From positions 702,440 to 766,439 of the forward strand of contig NMRA01000149.1 in assembly GCA_002633005.1 (NCBI GenBank): a stretch of 64,000 nucleotides of DNA. Direction: 5' to 3'. Below are positions 56,901 through 64,000 of the stretch, piece after piece. This DNA is from Phoronis australis (taxonomy: Eukaryota; Animalia; Phoronida). Below the pieces are notes generated by a model. The model saw only the letters and a list, made by a program, of their open reading frames with translations. It was not told where the DNA came from and did no database searches. Every line of letters begins with the position of its first letter. The stretch's first letter is position 1. Both the position numbers and the translations under genes were made by a program.

Positions 56901-59215
56901 CTGTAACAAAAGTGCCAAATTTTTCCACCTGCGTAGTAGTAACAAGAGATCATTTAGATGTGCTATACCAAAACTGAAGCCTGGTCTACATACAGTTTTA
57001 ACGGACAGTATCACAGCAGAGTGACTGGTTTACAGTAGTCATGTGAGTAATTAGACTTGTAAACAGGAGGACAATGTGCTAACCTTCTTTGCTCTCCTCA
57101 AGTGCAGTGATCTTTTCCTGTAGCTGACTGACATTAGACTTTTCACGGCTTATGTCTTTGTCTTTCTGTTTCAAAGCAAGTCGGACATTGTCCAGCTCAT
57201 TCTTGACCCTGCCATAATCACCCTCTTCTTCGCCATCACCTGAAATATATCACAAATTAGTTTTTAGTGATAAGTACTCTCAACTGATGAAAAACATTCC
57301 ATCAAAAAACTGTCATTACACATAATCTGTACATGGCATAGAGGGAAAAATGTTTGCTTCCTTTGCTCAAAGTCATGGGTTTGAGTCCCACTCCCACCAC
57401 GGCACATTGCTAGACCCTCCTCAGCTTGGTTTTAACATTAAACCATAAAATGCTTCAAGGTGATCAGTGCAATGACCCCACATTAGCGGCCTGCACACAT
57501 ATGGTACATGTACCAGACTGTCTGCTATTATTTATTTTTCAATCTGACTAAATAATGCTCAATCATGCAATGAAATTGAACACAATCAATATAAAGACGA
57601 TATACGATAATAGCATTTGCTTAATAGCCGTCTGATGAGGAAAAATTATTAGCTAAGTTCCTTGCACTGAAATCTTTCAGTCATTCTTAAAATACATATA
57701 TGCATTATTTTGCATGTGTAGCCATGATCACCTAAAGAAAAATAAAGCTAAGGGTTAGTTGTCCCGCAAGGCCTGAAACCTATGGGTCAGTCTGGAGGAT
57801 TTATGGTTAACATAGTATTTTCTGTTGTTTTTTAATTTTTATTTTAGGGGAGGCATTTTATTCCATCTGTTACCTTAAAAATTTACATGTAGATTAACAG
57901 TTAACCGCTAACCAAACACATAAGTACCCAGTTTAGATCTGTATAACATCATGCACAATATGCTTGACACCGGCTCTAACACTGTTTTGGTCACTGACTT
58001 TGGTAGACTGCCCAACATTATCCGTGTTTTAAAATCTTAATGCAATGGGTGTTATTCAAGACAAAATAAAAAACAATTTTCGTGCAACCACTGGCGCGAG
58101 TTAAGCACTCACAATGCATCAAGAAAATTTTCAAATGCCAATATCAAGGGGCGCGGTCCTAAAAGTAATCCTGGTTGTTTGAAAATTACACATTGTCAGT
58201 TATGTCTCAATTGTGGCACCCTGCAGTATCACTAGTAATCTCCACGACTGTCATTCAAACATTTTGGAAGCACGCAAATGCCAACAAAGTGGCAAAAGCC
58301 CGTGACAGCTGAGATCCTGTGTCGTACAAATGTACAGTACTTGTAGTAGCACTATTTTAAATGCACATATACCTGCAGGGATAGATGCATACTGTCATCT
58401 TGCATATGTGACCTAGCAAAATTCCGAGATTGTCAAACGCGAACTGAGGTTGTCGAAACGAGGAAACCCCATACAGAGTATTGAGGAAGTCCTGACCCCT
58501 ACAAACCACACATAGTTGGCAACAGCCAGAGATGAAGTAAATGAGATACCTGAATCGAAGAACCGACGAGCTCAACAAATGTCTAGCACAGCACCAGAGA
58601 TCGTGACAACTTGGATTTTTACCAGGTTGCCAAACAAACTCTACGGTCGCATTGGGGACCTGAAAGTCGCCAAATCAAGCTCTGGCACTCCTTGTTACCC
58701 CTTCAATTGTTACCACTTAGCCTTTATACAGTTTCAATGAGCCACTTGTTGTTATAGTCTAATTTGAAACAGTGAAAACACTTAACAATGGTGATACCTT
58801 TTTCCCAACTGGTCGCTATTCTTTCAAATAGGTCACGGGTCATTCAAACATGTCGTAACTGAGGGCAAACAGGTGGAGGCGATGTATCAAAACACATCAT
58901 ACAGAACATTAATAATCAATACTGTTTTAAACAAATCCAAATAATTCAAACTCCTGATATACAAGTAGTGGTCAGTGGCATTCAGATTTCTCATCAACAC
59001 ATACCATTTTCATTGAAATACAGTCGCGACACAGTCTTCCGACAATCTACGAGTGCTCGACATGATGGACATGTTGACTTCGTGGGTCCGTTGGTCTCAA
59101 TCCACTGCGAGATGCAGGCAAAGTGAAAGGTGTGGCCACACCCTAGGGCAGCTACGTCTGAGTTGGGTGAGTTGAACTCGAATATCTCCGCACAGATCAC
59201 ACAGCTCGCACGCAT
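53154..59215 (-). CDS. TRAIP: TRAIP (TRAF-interacting protein / NOPO) RING E3 ubiquitin ligase, 4 coding exons, 441 aa
   Basis: N-terminal RING-H2 (CVIC...CGHTFHFAC...W...CPSCR...LYF), KNELDNVR, coiled coil, RFLHESPAP, IDLDASFVPDTP, IRTGYNGLGG. Exons 211+156+165+794 = 1326 nt, in frame. Confidence 0.93.
55184..55348 (-). CDS. TRAIP: TRAIP coding exon 3 (GIRHALREEQGTCKTLRGQVKLLESQQNE...VQKVIT)
   Basis: 165 nt, phase 1-1; coiled coil resembling the TRAIP CSTLKKQMKYLEQQQDE region. Confidence 0.9.
57084..57239 (-). CDS. TRAIP: TRAIP coding exon 2 (GDGEEEGDYGRVKNELDNVRLALKQKDK...LEESKE)
   Basis: 156 nt, phase 1-1. Confidence 0.92.
57330..57540 (+). mobile_element. tRNA-derived SINE-like fragment in TRAIP intron
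   Basis: A-box-like tggcatagagg, B-box-like ggtttgagtcc, and a ctattattta tail. Confidence 0.45.
59005..59215 (-). CDS. TRAIP: TRAIP coding exon 1, RING domain
   Basis: ATG at 59213-59215 just after acceptor tttcag; donor gtatgt; phase 1. Confidence 0.93.
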
Positions 59216-59976
59216 CCTGTCTGAAAGAACAACAAATGATTAAGTGATCCAGTCTTGCACTGATAAGACAATTTGTCTGCTCTAATGATTAAGGTTAAGA
59301 TCCGATATCAATATTTTCTTATCGATCTATGATTTACTTTAATGGTGCTTTTATCAATACATAGAAATATGTTGGTATTTAACATATGCAAATTAGCCTC
59401 ACATATGTGCTTGGGTATACCTGAAATAATGGATGGCTCCAACAAACACAGTTAGGCCACTACTGTAACCACAGTTACCAATGAGGCACAAGCACAATGA
59501 CAATTATTAAGTAGTTAACCCCTTTGCAAAAGTGTACAACAACAACAGCTTCTCTACGATGTTGATCACATTTCACTCAAACTCTAGTCATATTTATGCT
59601 GTCAAACGAGTCCTAGGAAAGCAAATAAATCCAGCTGTATATCCCCATAGCCAAGCCTTTAAGATCATTAATAGACCAGTGAGATTTAATAGCAACACAA
59701 CATTGTGAGTATCTGTAATATTAAAACTATGAAACGAAACCTCGATTTCATGAAAACTCACCGAATTATACATTTTTGTATTCAGTTTATCATTTTAAAT
59801 TCAATTTCAAAATATATTCCAATACGGGAACGGCCCATATCGGAATATTCCTATTTGGGCTGGATTCCAATTCGGGTCGGAACAACACCACTCCAGCACA
59901 TTGACACACCAAGCTTTATACTAGTGTAGTCAGGCTGTAGTTAACCTACAAATAACATTTAGTCAGTAAACCAACG

Positions 59977-60626
59977 TTCAATTGGCCCAAATTGGCAACT
60001 GCCTATTTTAACAAGGTGTGCGCTCCTGGTGGTGTAGTGAAACGTGACTTCCGGTTGTCACGACACGTACAGTCAGATAAAGCCTCTCTATGCCGCTTGC
60101 CAAGTGGAAATTGCCTCTTGGCCGAATGGTTTAGATGCTTGACTGTCGCTCGTGCAACCCGGGTTCAAGTCTCGGTCATCACCAAATTGTCTACATTGGC
60201 GCCCAACTAAGGAAAAATCCACGACTAACCCTGAGATTAAGAGCGGCGGATGGAGAGGGTGCGACCTGGTACTGGTGGCACTGGTGGATTCAGAACACAA
60301 GAGAGCGTTGCTGAGGTTGAATTCCAGCACGCTAGGGTGTTGCTGAAATCTAAAAGCCAGGGAGCACGCCTGTTCCGTGGAAGGGGGAGTAGTGTTGTGA
60401 AGCATGACTTCCGGTTGTCACCACACGTACAGTCAGATAAAGCCTCTCTATGCCGCTTGCCAAGTGGAAATTGCCTCTTGGCCAAATGGTTTAGATGCTT
60501 GACTGTCGCTCGTGCAACCCGGGTTCAAGACGCCGTCATCACGAAATTTTCTACAGTCAAGTGGTAGCGGTAGAAAAAGGAGTGTACACAGTGTAAAAAT
60601 GGCCAGTTGCCGATTTGGTTAACTGG
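59977..60626. mobile_element. Small palindromic MITE split by the TRIM insertion
   Basis: About 50-bp imperfect inverted arms at 59977-60027 and 60577-60626 (aaattggcaactg / cagttgccgattt). Confidence 0.6.
60033..60555 (+). mobile_element. TRIM (miniature LTR retrotransposon) with tRNA-like Pol III promoter in LTRs
   Basis: 163-bp LTRs 60033-60195 and 60393-60555 (TGT...ACA, about 10 differences); PBS TGGCGCCCAAC at 60197; PPT ggaagggggagtag at 60379-60392; no coding capacity. Confidence 0.88.
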
Positions 60627-61028
60627 ACAGACTGCTCAAAGAAAGTTTGATTAAGGGAGTATTTGTTCGAGTTGGAAGGAATTAAAGACATGGAGCGCGG
60701 AGGGCCTCCTAAGGTGTCCCTATATGCGTAAAAGCTACATATAGCTATAACTGTGTGACTTTGATGTTTTAATCAATGTGAGGCATAATTTGCCGAAAAG
60801 GTTCGATACAAAGCTCCTACAGACCACCATCTCTACTGGGCCCAGCCAATCTGTAAAATACTTATTTACAGACGGGTTGCGTGTAAATATTTACTTACAG
60901 ACGAGTTACTTGTGTAGGGCCGCTAGTAACGGTAGTCACTTACACTGTCTGACAGCAAGACAGTGACTCCGTCACTGACTGATTGAGAATGAGAGACAGG
61001 TCGCTTTTACCAGTAGGACGTTACTCAC

Positions 61029-61185
61029 CTGCTAATTCTTTGGGATGTTACTTTTTGAACTCTTTGAACTCTTTGTCATCACATTGTGCCATAGAAACAC
61101 ACATGAGTTGTTTTTTCTGTTTGTATAAGTATTGTGTATATCAAATTAAAACTTCTACTTTAATTGTGCTTTCAAACTTGGCGCA
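61029..61185 (-). promoter_or_regulatory. Candidate TRAIP promoter / non-coding first exon with CDE-CHR-like element
   Basis: Consensus donor CAG|GTGAGT at 61028; TGCGC-caag-TTTGAA at 61185-61171; locally CpG-rich. Confidence 0.45.
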
Positions 61186-61491
61186 TTCCGTCTTTGCGAG
61201 TTGCGCAAGTGCATCAAGGCAAGCATTTCCTGTCCTAGGGATCTTTCGTTACGGGAAGTTGTTTGCGCAGGATATCGGTCATACATTTTGAGATACAATG
61301 TGCTTTGAATTATACAATGAGGTTTTTTACATAGCTATGAAAACAAACATTATTTCAAATAGTGTAATGATGTTTTATTTGAAAGAGACAACTTTAATAG
61401 TATTTAAATACAGCACACTCATACTATGCTCCCCATTCGGCCTCACATGTGTGTTCGACTTGATGCACTGAGAACGGAGTAACATGTCCCA

Positions 61492-61600
61492 TTATTTACT
61501 GGACATTTCTAGGTGTATGTCAGGCATCTGGAAGTTCCACTTGTTCGCAAGCCAGTCGTTGCTTCGTTCTAGTGCGTCCATGTGTTTCTCCTGCCATCGT
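61492..61600 (-). CDS. Candidate terminal coding exon of an unidentified upstream gene (RWQEKHMDALERSNDWLANKWNFQMPDIHLEMSSK*)
   Basis: Acceptor ttctgtgtcttag, open 35-codon frame, AATAAA at 61379-61374 followed by a GU-rich tract. No family recognised. Confidence 0.35.
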
Positions 61601-61969
61601 CTAAGACACAGAACTGGCAAATGTATTCCCATTGGTAAAGTTATTTAAGGTTATAGGACTTGGGCAGTTATTAGGCCTACCATGACAGGTCTAGAAAAAT
61701 GTCTAAATTGGGCTAATTTCGGAACGTCATATCTCAGAAGTGGCTTATCGAATTTTTATGAAACTTTCAGATACTATGCTTAGTTTGCGGTTCTACAAAG
61801 CAATATGAAGAATTATTAGTAAAGTGTTCCACTTATGCATGAGGGGCTATCAAAATGGAACTTTTATGATAATTTAGAAAATCATTATCGTTTTTGAGAT
61901 TTTGGTAATTGTTTTATGGTTATTTTTTGCTAAATTTACTGGAAGGTCGTGGTCACGTGAAGCAACCAT

Positions 61970-62859
61970 TGTAGACCGTAGTAATTGCTGAGATTACCCT
62001 ACACGGGAATCGAACCAAACACCCCAAATATAGGAGCTAAAACTGGTAAGCTGGCTACCGCTAATATGCAATTGCCTGTTAGCGAGTGGCTAACACTAAC
62101 AGTGGCTCATATGATTCACCGGAAGCACGTTTACAATATTACCCCCCCTTTTTCTCCGGAACAGGCATGCCTCCAGGCTGCAGATTCCAGCAACACCCTA
62201 GGGTTGTGGAATTTGCCCTCAGCAACACTATCCCATGTCTTGGAATTTAATAGGTCTCAGCAACACTCTCTTGTGTTCTTGCACCTTGCCTAAGGTCCGC
62301 AGGCCCCCGAGTTGGCAGTGCTTCCTAGGTATATCATCCGTTTGCCAACTATGCCAATTCTCACCTTCCGCATTGATCGCTCTCCCATGCCGTGAGGTAT
62401 GAAATAGCGGCACACATCCAGACACTGCAGACAGGTCAGCAGCTTCACTTTCACTCCTACGGAGATTTACATGTTAGCATCTGTCGTCTGATGACTTTGT
62501 ATTTTATATCATATTTAAGTCATGGCGGGAAAGTATTACTGCTGTTCTGATTCAAGGAAGTGGGATAAGCGGGATAAACATTCATGGATGCGAGATGTCA
62601 CATTTCACTGCTTTCTGGCAGTTCTGAAGGACAAAAGACTGCAAAGCCCTTAGTGCGCTCAGCGCCACCGCTGCACAATCATTATAGTATTACCTTACGG
62701 CCAAGAAGAGCGGGAGTGCGGAAAACGGGAATTGTAATAATTGCTGAGATTACCCAACTCAGGAATCGAACTGGCAAGTGTGTTAACCATTCAGCTAATA
62801 GACAAGTGCCCGTTAGCAAGTGACTAACAGTATGGTTCACTGGAATCATGTCTACAACA
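61970..62859 (-). mobile_element. Second tRNA-like-LTR TRIM, Ser-type PBS, 4-bp TSD CCAT
   Basis: LTRs 62733-62859 and 61970-62138; PBS tggcatagttggca at 62356-62343; PPT at 62156-62142; internal region homologous to 60280-60392; CCAT at 61966-69 and 62860-63. Confidence 0.8.
62360..62729. mobile_element. MITE with about 40-45-bp imperfect TIRs and AATT TSD (Sola-like)
   Basis: AATT at 62356-59 and 62730-33; TIR core ttccgca..cgctct..gccgt.aggta at both ends. Confidence 0.7.
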
Positions 62860-64000
62860 CCATTTAATGACATATTGGTACCAAGTCAACTCAAACTCTA
62901 CTGGCTTTCTACTTTCAGAAAATACGTAGTTTTCTGAGAGTTGATATCTATAGTTTTGGAAATACTTGGATAAATATACAGACTTGCCCAAACGATGCAT
63001 ATAACCTTAAATGGCAGGTTATGAAAAGGGCACTGAACTGGTCGAATATGGGCCACTGGGTCGCTGTATAGCGTTCCTTGATTTTGAGATTCAGGCCATT
63101 ACTTAATAAAGAGTGTGGCACAGGCTCTGTTAATCAGGGACCATTATGTCTAACCAGAGCCGAATATAGCGGTCTCTGATTTGGGGAACCAGTTTTGTCC
63201 ACTGAACAACGGCTCTTTATTACCTGGCTCTCAAAATCAGGGACTATATTTGACTGTTGCTTGAAAAAAAAAAAGTGACATCGTAAGTCCTAAATGATGA
63301 GCATTGTGGCAAAATCCATCTGTCCAAGGCCAGAATCGAACCTGGGCTACCAGTGTGCTAAGTTTATAGCGCGATAATATGCGTCTCCAGTGCCATGAAA
63401 TAGAGCACCTCCTATTGGCCCATTTCTTTTTTCGCTGATTTTTCAATTGTCTGTTCCATGTGTATATACGCAGTTTACAGCAAACTCCCAGAATAAGTTT
63501 CACTTCATTAAACAGAGCCATGAATAGACTACCTTAGCAATATCTGTTGTTTTTAAAGTTCAAAATAAATAATGTTATTCTTCCGTTCAATGTTCATGGT
63601 GTACCTTTGTTAATAGCAAGTGCCCTTATATACATGTACTTGTCTCCCATACCATTCTGTCATTTCACAGGCACAGCCCATCTGAACAGAATGTGCTCTA
63701 CTGGAAACACGCAACCTAAGAGACCTTGCTCTGCTAGACTGAGGCAGTACAGTAGTTTGAAGCCAGAAGCCATCCACAGGCACAAGAAGAAATCTGATGA
63801 CATGATTACCGCTTGCCAACAGTTAATTTGTGGTAAAACTCAACAGATTCTCTCACCTTTATAATCTGTTTTTGTAATTGCTTACATTCATGTATGATCT
63901 AAAAAGATTTTGGCTCAAATATTTTACATGGAGGCGCATGTACACATGGTTTATTCACAGGAGTAGGTGGCTATCTCTTATATAAGTGCAGATGGATATC

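Larger units (their letters stand above)
61649..63006. mobile_element. Kolobok-like non-autonomous element (TTAA TSD) hosting nested insertions
   Basis: TTAA|ggttata ... tataacc|TTAA; body homologous to 40060-41105. Confidence 0.7.

Noticed and set aside
60113-60180. Possible tRNA-Asp(GTC) gene
   Set aside because: Acceptor stem does not close and the sequence is duplicated as part of LTRs; tRNA-derived, not a functional tRNA.
59992-60567. Overlapping short ORFs in the TRIM
   Set aside because: No gag/pol motifs; chance frames in GC-richer repeat DNA.
63310-63385. tRNA-like B-box (ggttcgattct) on the minus strand
   Set aside because: No convincing A-box, cloverleaf or LTR ends; at most a decayed SINE head.

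Overview
AT-rich, intron-rich metazoan genomic DNA, probably a marine invertebrate (inference only), not prokaryotic. Two genes are read exon by exon on the minus strand. (1) A kinesin-3 unc-104/KIF1A(/B) ortholog: ATG at 31767, 22 apparently constitutive coding exons (motor, neck coil, CC1, FHA, CC2/CC3, stalk), running off the left edge. It also has candidate alternative segments: a 15-nt K-loop microexon, an 87-nt cassette, a tandem acceptor and a duplicated paralogous exon. (2) A complete TRAIP RING E3 ligase CDS (4 coding exons, 441 aa, 53154-59215) with a candidate CDE/CHR promoter. A possible last exon of a third gene lies at 61492-61600. Non-coding DNA holds many non-autonomous transposons and minisatellites. 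The most unusual elements are miniature LTR retroelements (TRIMs) whose LTRs carry tRNA-like Pol III A/B boxes. One copy is structurally complete with a Lys PBS, one has a Ser-like PBS and sits in a three-level transposon nest, and one is a solo LTR. All coordinates were read by eye; no database searches or alignments were run.
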